The notes under the pieces: generated by a model
The model's database searches: none
What the model saw: only the letters and a program-made list of their open reading frames with translations
Told to the model about the DNA's origin: nothing
Origin: an uncultured virus (IMG/VR IMGVR_UViG_3300032156_000006)
Lineage: Duplodnaviria; Heunggongvirae; Uroviricota; Caudoviricetes
Strand: one strand, 5' to 3'
Virus record (IMG/VR): IMGVR_UViG_3300032156_000006
Length of the DNA: 64,000 bases
Position numbers and translations under genes: made by a program
Part shown: piece after piece, positions 1 to 9,981 of the stretch
How positions within the stretch are numbered: the first letter of the stretch is position 1
How the letters are laid out: every line of letters starts with the position of its first letter

Positions 1-576
1 GTAATCGATTTGAATCTTCCAAGCAAAGTCCGTCTTTTCGCCAACTGTTGTCGGAGATGCACTCATGATTACATAGAAATAATGATCTACTGCCGCACCT
101 TGGTCTGCCAAAGTAACTGCAGCGGCAGAACCCCCGCAAGCTGTCCATGTAGTATCAGCTTGTTCCGCACCTTTAGCGGTCACTTCAACAGGAGGAGTAA
201 CATCTGTCGCAGCATCATAACTCCAGAATATTCCATTTTCAGTCGAAACAGATGTTGCACCATCTGTAAAGTGAATACGGATAGATTCCAGTGTTGTTAC
301 AGTATTCAGATCAACGGTTGTACCTCCATTAACTTTGCAAGTCCCAGCGGCAACATATTGAATACCTGTCATATGGTTTGCAGCGCATGCATCCGTGTCT
401 GTGCCGATCGCAGTCCGAAGATGCATACCAACATTGTAAGCGGCTACTTGCACCTTTGAAGCGTATGTAGTAGTGCCATAAAAGCCTATCAGGTTCCCTG
501 CGCTAAAATTAACCCACGCAGGAGTTCCTGCTGTGTTGTACCACGCCCAGACAAATGAAAATGCAATATTAATCAC
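1..576 (-). CDS. putative virion structural protein (runs off window edge; not in supplied ORF track)
   Basis: Open minus-strand frame (V)INIAFSFVWAWYNTAG...HYFYVIMSASPTTVGEKTDFAWKIQIDY; beta-rich A/T/G composition; start is GTG or ATT near GGTGA. Confidence 0.6.
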   Translation of the reverse strand, partial: MINIAFSFVWAWYNTAGTPAWVNFSAGNLIGFYGTTTYASKVQVAAYNVGMHLRTAIGTDTDACAANHMTGIQYVAAGTCKVNGGTTVDLNTVTTLESIRIHFTDGATSVSTENGIFWSYDAATDVTPPVEVTAKGAEQADTTWTACGGSAAAVTLADQGAAVDHYFYVIMSASPTTVGEKTDFAWKIQIDY

Positions 577-648
577 CCTTTTAACACATTGTTTATTTTC
601 CTACTTATCTCATCCGTGCTTCTCTTATAAAGTTGCGGGTTCGTTTTT

Positions 649-1107
649 TCACCGCTCCCCTCCTTCAAATTTTCCTTTCTTATTCGAATACTCTCCAAAT
701 TCAACTAAATCACGCTTACCTTCATTAGTTCCTTCCTTTCTATAGACAGAGAATTGTGTATCCCCAAATTCTACAATTAAATCCGGATCTCCTTTTGTTA
801 ACTTGCTCGCAAACTCAAGCAAACGTTTTTCTTCGGCCGGAGAAATGCGCGTATCGCGAACGCTTGGTCTTTGAAATTCGTCTTTGCTGAATTTTAAAAA
901 TCCTGAGCCTTCAAACACTTTACGCAAATGTTCATCCGTCGCACCTGCATCGCTTGCAAACATTTTTCGATCTTCCTTCGCTTTCAAAATTTTATCATTT
1001 ATATAAGTCATATCTGCTAGTTCTACCTGAGTGTCATCCGAATCACCCATACGTATTCTACGCCGCTGCTTTGCTTTCAAAATATCATCTCTGCTTTCAA
1101 TTTTCAT
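649..1107 (-). CDS. hypothetical protein, possibly head-associated
   Basis: 152-aa ORF in operon downstream of terminase; two DxILKAK motifs. Confidence 0.6.
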   Translation of the reverse strand: MKIESRDDILKAKQRRRIRMGDSDDTQVELADMTYINDKILKAKEDRKMFASDAGATDEHLRKVFEGSGFLKFSKDEFQRPSVRDTRISPAEEKRLLEFASKLTKGDPDLIVEFGDTQFSVYRKEGTNEGKRDLVEFGEYSNKKGKFEGGER

Positions 1108-1678
1108 GTTCCGCCTCCTGTCCCTGAATACCTACAATCCGATAATAATAATCCATAATCTGACGCGGCAGATAATTAAAAACCTTTGAGCCACTGACAT
1201 AGGCTTGTTGCAAGTTTTTGGTTCCGATATACTTGCTCGCCAACGACAAAAATACCCGGGCAATACTCTTGCGCTCTTCATGTGAAAGTTTGGCTAACTG
1301 GGCATCAGTAAGGACTAACATCTCTGGAGTCACCACTGGTGCGTTAACATTCAAAGCCATGCGCATAGGCGCATCAGCCGCATAACGTTGTTGGATTGCG
1401 ATTAGCCAATCTGCCTGAGGAGGAATATCAACCTTTGCCGCTTTGGGTTGAGGAGGCATTGCAGACGAAACAGAACTTGGTTGCGGCGTTGGACCGGTAA
1501 CATCAGAATAACCAGACTCTTTGCGCTCTTCCCCCTGTTTTCCTGTGATATATCTCTGATGATCTTCTTGAGACTGATGTGGATTAGAATACACAATTCT
1601 CGCAACCCCATTTCGGTCAATGATCATCCGGCGTTCACCACCTTGCCACGGGCGCTGTGGTAATGTTGGATCTACCAT
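1097..1678 (-). CDS. hypothetical protein
   Basis: 193-aa ORF overlapping its neighbours in the same operon. Confidence 0.6.
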   Translation of the reverse strand: MVDPTLPQRPWQGGERRMIIDRNGVARIVYSNPHQSQEDHQRYITGKQGEERKESGYSDVTGPTPQPSSVSSAMPPQPKAAKVDIPPQADWLIAIQQRYAADAPMRMALNVNAPVVTPEMLVLTDAQLAKLSHEERKSIARVFLSLASKYIGTKNLQQAYVSGSKVFNYLPRQIMDYYYRIVGIQGQEAEHEN

Positions 1679-1878
1679 TCAAGAGCCTCTTCGATTTTTA
1701 TTTCCTTTCCATCTTTATCAAAGTATTTCCCGCAATAAATGCACCGTGCAAAATAACGCAAATCGATTGGTACGAGTGCCATTGTCGACAGAAATTTGTT
1801 TTTTAACTGAATTTCCGAGAGTGTTTTTTTCTCAAAAAACCTGCATCCGCAACTACAAACTAGCATATCTTCATCCAT
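1672..1878 (-). CDS. small zinc-ribbon protein
   Basis: CSCG...CIYCG motifs. Confidence 0.55.
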   Translation of the reverse strand: MDEDMLVCSCGCRFFEKKTLSEIQLKNKFLSTMALVPIDLRYFARCIYCGKYFDKDGKEIKIEEALEW

Positions 1879-1880
1879 AT

Positions 1881-2609
1881 CTATTCCCTCTTTTCCTCGT
1901 CTAATTGTCCATCCCAGCTCATCGTGCGAACTCGCCGTTTGGTACCAATAGGTTCATTATTTGTAAATCCGGTTTCATTGCTTTTAATACTTGCTATCCC
2001 AGGCACGCCACCAATTGAAATAGGCGTGCCTGAATATGCTTCTGTCACATCAATTGGCAACAGAATATCCAACTCCTCGCCATTAAGCCTAATTGTGCAA
2101 TTACCCATCCGCCTCCTCAACTCATCATAATTTTTAGTAACACTAAACCCTTTCGAATCCGCCTGCCCTGGCGCTAGTAACGAACTCTTGCTCAGTGGAT
2201 TTGTTGAAGTCCACGGATTTATGAAAGGCTGTGACTCCGGAACTCCTGCGCCTCCTTCAATTACGCGAATCTTCGGACCACCTGCTTGCCGAATGTCAAC
2301 CTTGTCAACCGAAATCAACGGTTGTGTCGTCAGTCCCGGAGACATGACACGCACAATATGACCTATCCCTTCAGGATGTTCACCTGTCAATTTCTTGAAT
2401 TGGCGCGCGGAAATTGTCCTGATAATAGTAACTGGATCTCTATTTTGAGTTCGAACATTATATTTGCGAGCTTGCCCCGGCTGATTTGGATCGTCCATGC
2501 GGTTATCCGGATACTCAAACGGATTCACCACAATTTCCTTATGCTCGACCTTCTGCCGTTTAGGCCTTTGCTTGGAAAGCCAATTTTTGAGAACATCTTG
2601 GGATGGCAT
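1881..2609 (-). CDS. hypothetical protein with DVLKNWLSKQ motif
   Basis: 242-aa ORF, GTGA SD-like site upstream, tight operon packing. Confidence 0.65.
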   Translation of the reverse strand: MPSQDVLKNWLSKQRPKRQKVEHKEIVVNPFEYPDNRMDDPNQPGQARKYNVRTQNRDPVTIIRTISARQFKKLTGEHPEGIGHIVRVMSPGLTTQPLISVDKVDIRQAGGPKIRVIEGGAGVPESQPFINPWTSTNPLSKSSLLAPGQADSKGFSVTKNYDELRRRMGNCTIRLNGEELDILLPIDVTEAYSGTPISIGGVPGIASIKSNETGFTNNEPIGTKRRVRTMSWDGQLDEEKRE

Positions 2610-2614
2610 TCAAA

Positions 2615-4768
2615 TCACTCATTAACTATTTCCTGCTGAGGTTCAGGAGGTTCTTCTGTTTGCGGTGGTTTTGCTTTTACTTCTTGTTGCATCGGCTTTG
2701 GTGCATTTCTCGCGCGCCATACTGCTTCTTGTTCAGGAGTTAACTGAGGTGCCCCTTCAGTCTGGACAGGCTGTTGGACCTGCGGAGAAACTTGCTGTTG
2801 CGCAGGTGCCTCTTTTGAAGGAGTTTCAAAAGCTTTTAATGTAGTTTGCCCTGCAGGTGGTTCTTTTTCTTTATCTTCCTCACTCGTTGGTGCAGTTTCT
2901 ACTTTTTGCGGTTCTTCCTCTGCAGGTGCGACTGGCACTTCCGGCTTTGCTTGCACAGGAGGAGCCGCCGGCGCTGCTTCTGCAGTCGGTTGAGCAGTTA
3001 CTACTGGTGTAGCAAGCGGAGCCGCCGGTTGCGCCGCAGGCATCTTTATTTTTTCCAGTCCCCCTTGGCTTTTCACATACTCGTCAAACTGTGCTGCATA
3101 TTTAGGTCCTGCTTGGGATTTCAAAGTTTCCAAAATCTGTGCTTTTTCCTCAGGAGTTGACGCCTTCTGAATTGAAACCTTTACAGCTTTTGCTGCTGCC
3201 GGATTGATTTGCATGTAACGCGAAACAGACAAATCAGTGCTTGAGACATAATCACCCATATCTTCAACCTTTGCCAGCAGCACATTAGGATCTATCCCGC
3301 GCCTCTGTGCAATATTTGTTATTCGCTCAACAAAGTTTTTGTCATAAGGAGAAACATCTTGTTCATCCATCTTCATTTTTCCATTAATTCCTATATGAAT
3401 GCCTCCCTTGCCTAGTATGTCTAACGCCTGAGGATCCCAACTCGGGGGCGTTGGCTCTTCCTGTCCTTCAGCAGCTGGCTGCTCAGGTGGAGATACTGGG
3501 CGCCCAGATTCGTCAAGCTGGGCGCCTGTTTCTGGATGCTTGTTAGACATAATATTTTCAGCACGTTTCGCCCGCTTCTGCTCGTGTTCAGTCCATATCT
3601 GTTGTTCTTCGGGAGGCAAATCTTTGGTATTTATGACCTCCCTTGGCACCCGCTCTTGCGTTTTCTTAACAACATCTTGAAGCACCTGATCAGGATTAGC
3701 TTTTCCAGCGCCAAAATTCGCTTCGTGCACAGTTTTCACTTGCATCCAAGGTTCGACAACTTCATTTTTTAGATAAGCATATATTGCATTGTGCCGCTCA
3801 TTTGGATCAGGCCCGAAAACCGGAGCTAGTTGCCTATTCGTATACGCAATGCGCTCTGCAGCATTCTGATATGCCTTGCGCATTTGCATCCGTTCATATC
3901 CAGAAAGTGTCGTATCGGGAAACTCACGCTTGACTACTTCATTAATTACATTATCAACTTCAGAAGGTCCGAATGTGCCATCAGGATTTTTACTTGGAGC
4001 GGCCAATTGTTGATATTCGTTAGCCAAGCGCGACTGGGTAGTTTGAATAGAGCGTGCCGCTTCTGTGCGCGTATTTAGGTTATTCCTGTCATACAGTGCT
4101 TCAGGATTGCTCTTTGAAGTTTGCAAAATTTTGTCGATCTGATTTTTATAGTCTTCCAACCCTCGCGTTGCCATTTCACCAGGTATAATATATTGATTTA
4201 GCATATCCTTATAGCGGTACCATTTTTCCCGCTCACCTATATTTTGAAGCACTTTGCCGTGCGTTTGCAAATACTGTTGAATCGCCTCCGGTTTGTCAAC
4301 AGCCAACTCTGGCGCAATATTCATGACAGCATCCGGATCGCTGACGCCATATTTCTGCTTGATTTGCTGAATCGCTTCATATCGCTTCCTTAATGGTTCC
4401 GCCTGCGTTCTTTCCCAATTGTCAACTTGAACATCAAAAGTATTCGGATTCGTATACCACTCCATCAACTCTGGATTTGAAATAGGATCATGCTGCGCAA
4501 AATTCCTAAACTCAGGATAGCGCGCGTCAAATTCCTCTTTTGGCAAACTTTGCTTTGCTCGATACAGCTCAAGAAGATGCGGATTATTCGTATAAAACTT
4601 GTAGAGCTTCTCGTAGCGCTTCATTCGCTGTTTCAGTTCCTGCACAGTAGTTTTCTGGGCAAATGCCTGGCTTTTTGCCTTGGCGCGCAAATAATCAGCA
4701 AGCCATGCTTTTAGCAATTGCTCCGAAAGACTCGGACCTCTCAGATATGATGCAGTATCAGCTGGCAT
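2615..4768 (-). CDS. large helical protein with P/Q/A/E-rich tail, possible internal virion/ejection protein
   Basis: 717-aa ORF, GAGGT SD; function inferred from context only. Confidence 0.6.
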   Translation of the reverse strand: MPADTASYLRGPSLSEQLLKAWLADYLRAKAKSQAFAQKTTVQELKQRMKRYEKLYKFYTNNPHLLELYRAKQSLPKEEFDARYPEFRNFAQHDPISNPELMEWYTNPNTFDVQVDNWERTQAEPLRKRYEAIQQIKQKYGVSDPDAVMNIAPELAVDKPEAIQQYLQTHGKVLQNIGEREKWYRYKDMLNQYIIPGEMATRGLEDYKNQIDKILQTSKSNPEALYDRNNLNTRTEAARSIQTTQSRLANEYQQLAAPSKNPDGTFGPSEVDNVINEVVKREFPDTTLSGYERMQMRKAYQNAAERIAYTNRQLAPVFGPDPNERHNAIYAYLKNEVVEPWMQVKTVHEANFGAGKANPDQVLQDVVKKTQERVPREVINTKDLPPEEQQIWTEHEQKRAKRAENIMSNKHPETGAQLDESGRPVSPPEQPAAEGQEEPTPPSWDPQALDILGKGGIHIGINGKMKMDEQDVSPYDKNFVERITNIAQRRGIDPNVLLAKVEDMGDYVSSTDLSVSRYMQINPAAAKAVKVSIQKASTPEEKAQILETLKSQAGPKYAAQFDEYVKSQGGLEKIKMPAAQPAAPLATPVVTAQPTAEAAPAAPPVQAKPEVPVAPAEEEPQKVETAPTSEEDKEKEPPAGQTTLKAFETPSKEAPAQQQVSPQVQQPVQTEGAPQLTPEQEAVWRARNAPKPMQQEVKAKPPQTEEPPEPQQEIVNE

Positions 4769-4777
4769 GTGTTACCT

Positions 4778-5407
4778 CTAAAATCTACAATTTCCACTCA
4801 TAAGCATTTGTTTGTCTGTGGTCGGATCTTCGGGAGGCGGACCTTTTTGTTTAACGAGCCAAGATTTGAGCTTATCCTCTGACGAAGAATCCACATCTGA
4901 CATTGCACCTACTACACCACCACCAAGCAGTCCTAAACCTGCTCCTACAGGACCACCAAGTAGTCCTCCAGCCAAACCACCTACTCCAGCGCCAAGAGCA
5001 GTTTTTCCAATTTTCTCCCCCGTTTGAGCACCCCCAATACTTCCAGATTGAGCAGTAGCAACCTTTGCATCGCTTACATCTCCCCCAGCAAGTTGCCCTA
5101 TTGGCCCAAAAGGTGCTCTAACTATAGATCCTAGTGGATCTTCTTTAAGTTTCTCGGGTGACATGCTTTCGACTTTTTTCTGAATGCCTTCCGTTAACAT
5201 TGAAGCAAGTTGAGCTTGGGCAGTTTCGAATTGTTCATCAGAAAGTGCTAATGCCTCCGCTTGGGTTCCCGCTCCCCGTTTGCGGCGTGTTGCGTGAGCT
5301 GGTCCTGCAGCCAATTGCCCCATATCTGCTGTTACTAGAGCAGACTTCTGCACTATTTGACCACCCAACTCCCGTGATCTTCCATCATCCAACTTTGCCA
5401 CATACAT
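4778..5407 (-). CDS. glycine-zipper protein
   Basis: GAGVGGLAGGLLGGPVGAGLGLLGGGVVG membrane-active motif; GGAGG SD. Confidence 0.65.
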   Translation of the reverse strand: MYVAKLDDGRSRELGGQIVQKSALVTADMGQLAAGPAHATRRKRGAGTQAEALALSDEQFETAQAQLASMLTEGIQKKVESMSPEKLKEDPLGSIVRAPFGPIGQLAGGDVSDAKVATAQSGSIGGAQTGEKIGKTALGAGVGGLAGGLLGGPVGAGLGLLGGGVVGAMSDVDSSSEDKLKSWLVKQKGPPPEDPTTDKQMLMSGNCRF

Positions 5408-5408
5408 G

Positions 5409-6155
5409 TTATCCCTCCATTAATATTTTCCTAAAATGATCATCAATAATCTGATTTATCGTCGCCTCATCCAATGTTGGATGCTCTTCGCGCTCGTCTT
5501 CATACATCTGTTTTTTCAAAAATCTTTTCAGCACATCAGAATCCTCCGGAGTTTCGCTAATCGAATCAGGTGCATCACCAGAAACATCTTGGCTGGTCAT
5601 CTGCCCAGATATCCATTTTCGCAAAACATCCGCACTTTTTTTTCGTTCCAAATTAATTTCTTCTCTGGTCGGAGATTTTGAAGTAAAACGCCCCAATGTT
5701 GTTTGCTCTTGATCGACAAATTCTTTTTTCACTTCCTCTGGTCCACCTATCATCGCACCCCCAGCACCACCAATTAAAGTTCCCTCTGGGCCGAATCGAC
5801 TTCCAGCAACCGCACCTTTTACAGCAGTAGGAATTGCCCCTTTTATCCATCCGCCAGCGCCTTTTACGAAACCTCCCAGCGGATCTTTTGGACTCTTCAT
5901 AGCTCCATACACTCCCGCGTGAGAAGGTCCAAGCAAAGGTAGCCAACCCGGAGGTCCCTTTTTTTCATTCCCTTCTGCAAAATTGGTAGCAGTATGTTGG
6001 ACATCAACCAAGTGCGGAGCTTGAACACCAACGAATTTTTCTGGGCGCGTTGGCACAATAATTGGTTCATCTGTATGCTGCTCCAGCCAATGACGCAATC
6101 TGTCCATAAAATCTACCTCAGAACGACCAACGATCCTGCTTCCGCTTGTTTGCAC
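5409..6155 (-). CDS. glycine-zipper protein with repeated LxxWL motifs
   Basis: GAVAGSRFGPEGTLIGGAGGAMIGG; C-terminal EEHP...IIDDH segment. Confidence 0.6.
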   Translation of the reverse strand: MQTSGSRIVGRSEVDFMDRLRHWLEQHTDEPIIVPTRPEKFVGVQAPHLVDVQHTATNFAEGNEKKGPPGWLPLLGPSHAGVYGAMKSPKDPLGGFVKGAGGWIKGAIPTAVKGAVAGSRFGPEGTLIGGAGGAMIGGPEEVKKEFVDQEQTTLGRFTSKSPTREEINLERKKSADVLRKWISGQMTSQDVSGDAPDSISETPEDSDVLKRFLKKQMYEDEREEHPTLDEATINQIIDDHFRKILMEG

Positions 6156-7698
6156 CGGTTCCTCCGGTTGCCAAGCAGTCTATGAAATCGTCAGGTGACG
6201 CATCCTTATTTTGATTGTTCAAAAATGCCTTTATAATCGTAGCGTCCCGTTCTCGGAGAGTTTGCCCGAATTCGGTGTGCCCCAGAGGAACTGGAGCGTG
6301 CATCACATCTTCCGGATTGCCGCCGAGAACGGGATCCCAGCCGCTGACATCGATAGTTAGTGCCATTGCAGCCATGCATGTCGCCCAAAGATAATCATCA
6401 TGTTCGTCTTGAGAATGGAAAAATTTTTTTCTCCCGTATATTGTTGTTTCCTGCTGTTGATGCACACACTGCATATAAAGTATTTCACATGAACGCGGCA
6501 ATTGGAGAAGTTTTTTTTCAAAAAGGACACGAAGATTACTTATCATATTTTCTTTCTCTGCCAAGTTGAAGTTTATAGGATTAATGCCAATGCCAACCTC
6601 TGCAGCCAAATCACCCCAGCCTTTTTCAGTCGTTTGATCAACATTAATTGTGCCAGCATTGAAAGCATCCGACAATATTTTGAGTCTCCCCATAATAGAA
6701 GTATATGGTACATGAAGATAAGATTCGATATGCGCAATTCGATACGGTATTTGATCACGCCGCAATACTATAATAACAGTCGAATCCCTTTCACGACCTA
6801 AGTCAACTCCTATAACATAGTCGCCTTTAATTGGCTCTTTAAAAACAGTTGTCTCGTCTGTAAAAGAATATCTTTCCAGACAAGGTTGCACTAAAGATGG
6901 AGGCAATGGAGTTGACTCCATAGCAAGGAATACACATTCGTATTGTTGCTGCCAGAGAGAAATCGGCATTGTCCCTCCTTTATCAGAGCGTTGCTTTTCA
7001 ATTTCTTTAGGATCAACAAATGGACATTTTGTGTAGGGTTGAATTATCACATGAGCAGACGGATCCTCGTAGGCACTCAAATAAAAATGATTACGAAAAC
7101 TTGGTGTGCCCGCCTTGGTAATAGATGCACGTGTTGTCTTGGTCATTGGCAGGATTGCACCATAAAATACGTCGTCAGAAATGTCTTGGCTCTCGTCTAA
7201 AAAAACTCTCGTAGGACTGTATCCTCGAATCTGGGCATTGATTCCAGCAGAAATCATCCTGCAGATATTTCCGTTTTTAAGCGTTATTTTTTCTAATGTC
7301 ATGTCGCCTAGGACATATGAACGCAGCAATTCATTTCTATTAATATGACCGCGTACTTTATCATAGATAAGTTTTGCCTGTGGTAAGGAAGGCGCAGTTA
7401 CAAGTATATCTTCACCTTGGTGAGTTTCATTGATTATTATTCCTTTTCCAAAATATAAACACCAGACGATAAATGCAGCTACTGCCGTTGTTTTTCCAAT
7501 CTGGCGAGCAAATACGGCCACAGTCAATGGGTTGTCATGCATAGATTCTACTAACTCTTTTTGTCCATCAGACAAGTTCAACTTTAAAACAGTCTTGATA
7601 AAAAACACGGGGTCATCTTCGCATTGCTGAGCAAACGCAGTAATGTCTTCTTCGTCAATCTGCGGAAGTGGCTCATTGTGTTTGTCCATTTTTTTCAT
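6118..7698 (-). CDS. terL: terminase large subunit
   Basis: Walker A ARQIGKTT, Walker B VFLDESQ, coupling motif AGTP, nuclease motifs IGVDLG and HDDY. Confidence 0.93.
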   Translation of the reverse strand: MKKMDKHNEPLPQIDEEDITAFAQQCEDDPVFFIKTVLKLNLSDGQKELVESMHDNPLTVAVFARQIGKTTAVAAFIVWCLYFGKGIIINETHQGEDILVTAPSLPQAKLIYDKVRGHINRNELLRSYVLGDMTLEKITLKNGNICRMISAGINAQIRGYSPTRVFLDESQDISDDVFYGAILPMTKTTRASITKAGTPSFRNHFYLSAYEDPSAHVIIQPYTKCPFVDPKEIEKQRSDKGGTMPISLWQQQYECVFLAMESTPLPPSLVQPCLERYSFTDETTVFKEPIKGDYVIGVDLGRERDSTVIIVLRRDQIPYRIAHIESYLHVPYTSIMGRLKILSDAFNAGTINVDQTTEKGWGDLAAEVGIGINPINFNLAEKENMISNLRVLFEKKLLQLPRSCEILYMQCVHQQQETTIYGRKKFFHSQDEHDDYLWATCMAAMALTIDVSGWDPVLGGNPEDVMHAPVPLGHTEFGQTLRERDATIIKAFLNNQNKDASPDDFIDCLATGGTGANKRKQDRWSF

Positions 7699-8314
7699 CC
7701 ACGGCTTTCAGCGCCAGCGCGAGTTCCTTGCCAACAGGAATCGATAAATGTATAGTAGAATTATTCAAAAGTTTAGGTATCGCATCTTCTTGCTGAGGAT
7801 TCATAGTAATCACCGTGCGCTTTGCCACTTGCTTTACGCCCCGGCTATCCTTAACGCTCGCCATGAGTTGATCAACCATCATAGATTTGAAATCGGTGCT
7901 GACTTCCACCCGCTGAGCGAATGCCCCATCAAACTTGCCTTTTAGCTCGAGCAATGACTTGAGCAATTCGGATTTTTTCGTATATTCTGGAGTTTCCGTG
8001 TCCTGGGCCTCTTCAAAGCGCTTCAGTTGTGCACGCAATGCCGATATCATGTCCGCCAAAATCTCGGAAGCTGGCGCTTCCTTTGGGATGTCAATTTCCT
8101 TGTGAATGTAAATATGTTTTGACCTATGAATTTCAAATTCCCGTTGGGGGATTGTAAACCCGAGCTTGTTGGCATGGATACTAAATTCTTGATGATTTAT
8201 TCTGAAATAAAAGATATCAGAATCAAATTTATTTAGAGCATCCACATTACAAATAACGCAACGAGGATGTTTGCAATTCCGGACTTCTGGAGGGGCAACC
8301 TGCGGACTAGCCAT
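7673..8314 (-). CDS. probable terminase small subunit
   Basis: Directly upstream of and overlapping terL; N-terminal CxxC...H motif and helical oligomerisation-like segment. Confidence 0.55.
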   Translation of the reverse strand: MASPQVAPPEVRNCKHPRCVICNVDALNKFDSDIFYFRINHQEFSIHANKLGFTIPQREFEIHRSKHIYIHKEIDIPKEAPASEILADMISALRAQLKRFEEAQDTETPEYTKKSELLKSLLELKGKFDGAFAQRVEVSTDFKSMMVDQLMASVKDSRGVKQVAKRTVITMNPQQEDAIPKLLNNSTIHLSIPVGKELALALKAVDEKNGQTQ

Positions 8315-8940
8315 AAGAAGGATGTTTTATAGGAAATATAAAAGACTATTGTATGGTTCAAATCACAAAGACACAAAAAAACTCCTCCCGTTTTTATCAA
8401 TAAAGCGAAGTTCGCCCCATCCCTTCGCTCTGTAGATATCGGCAGCCAGGATGGTTGATAGTTAAACGCCTCCATTTTCAACTATTTCATCAAATCTTTC
8501 CACGGCTGGATCATGTCATCCGTAACATGTCCACGTACAATAACAATGACTTTTCCCGGGAATGTGGGATTAGACGAATCTCCTGTCCGTCGTGGCTGAT
8601 AAAACATCCGCCGTTCAAGAGGATAACTAACCGGCCCAGCCATCGGATTGGAAGCGCTTTGCTGGGCCGGGACGGTAATCTCGAGGTCACGCGTGACTGC
8701 TTCGCGCCGGGTTTCTTGAGGATCTTCCACAGGCATATTATATACACCCCAAGTTGTTTTTTAACATTTCTGGTTCGTTATCATGGTGCTGCGCGTATCG
8801 CCAGCAGCGCACTATTGCACGCGCAGCACCGAAAGGTGCCATCGAGAGCTGGATGAAGCGCATCAACTATCTGTTCTGCACCACAATCCGTGCATTTTGA
8901 TAGTTTTCGCATCTGTTTGAAGATGTGTTCTTCCATTTTG

Positions 8941-8975
8941 TGAATTACCACACGCTTTAGCGGTGGGTTATTGAC
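8941..8975. mobile_element. degenerate IS200/IS605 end remnant
   Basis: ccac(a)cgc-ttta-gcggtgg hairpin followed by gttattgac, resembling the ends of the intact elements in this window. Confidence 0.4.
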
Positions 8976-9137
8976 CTCTCAAATTTATCTCAGATTCTCT
9001 GTCTCGTCAAGCAACCGCGCAATCACATCATTGTAGCTCTCCCGTTTCACTCGCTTGTGCTCATCAAGCCGCCGCTTGGTTGAAAACTTAATGCCGAGTG
9101 ATGTCAGTTTATCGTCATCATCCATGTCGTTTGCCAT
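8968..9137 (-). CDS. small RHH-like DNA-binding protein
   Basis: MANDMDDDKLTSLGIKFSTKRRLDEHKRVKRESYNDVIARLLD; GAGGT SD; similar to 45268-45402. Confidence 0.55.
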
Positions 9138-9637
9138 GTTTTTTACCTCGTTTCAAATGAATGTCATTCCAAGAATACTCTTTATTGATATCAAAAAACA
9201 ATGTATCGAATGCACGATATATATCGCAACAAGGGCATCCTGGAAAAAATGACTTGCAACGTTTCCCATAGGACTTTTCCAGCCATCCTAAAGCTATCTT
9301 TCGTGTGCGCATGCGCATGTCTTGCATTTTCTTCCAAGCCTTTTTAGGTGCATTTGCTTCTTTTTTAGTTTCAACTTTCATCCAATCGCCCAATCAATAA
9401 TTGCACGTGTGGCGTGCATTTACATTTCCATATATATTTTGATTTGCACTTTTTTATTTTATCATATCCCATTTTCATCCTGTTTCCGCAGGCAACGCAA
9501 ATTGGAGGTAATATAAAGCCAATTTCGCATCCATCCTTATCGCAGCAATTAAAAGAGTGTTGTATATCTCTTCCTTTCGCTGTTATGTCTTGAACTCCTA
9601 CTTTGTTATGAGTCTTGCACCAACCATAGCCTTTCAT

Positions 9638-9973
9638 TTATTTCACCAAGTCCATCGCTTTTTTCCTAATCTCGCTGTTTGCCCACTCGGACAGATAGAA
9701 AGTCTCGAATCGATTCCTGTGCTTGAACAGCGACTTGCAGAACCACCCATTTTTGATCAAGTCATTAAGTATCCTACGTTTTGAAGGTAGCACATAACCA
9801 CACGCGGTTAGTTCCGTAATTTTTGTGAAGGTATTTGCAGGCTGGTCAAACATCGACAGTACCATCTCCCGATAGCGAATTGGCAGGGATTCGGATGGCG
9901 CTTTAGTGTGCAATCTTGCCACTTTTGCACTTGATCCGAACCCTTGGCGTGCTCCACTACTCATTTCATGCAC
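9638..9973 (-). CDS. possible winged-helix protein
   Basis: RILNDLIKNGWF...ETFYLSEW wing-like pattern. Confidence 0.4.
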   Translation of the reverse strand: MHEMSSGARQGFGSSAKVARLHTKAPSESLPIRYREMVLSMFDQPANTFTKITELTACGYVLPSKRRILNDLIKNGWFCKSLFKHRNRFETFYLSEWANSEIRKKAMDLVK

Positions 9974-9981
9974 CGTTTTAT

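Noticed and set aside
10..459. 149-aa plus-strand ORF
   Set aside because: Antisense shadow of the minus-strand structural gene at 1-576.
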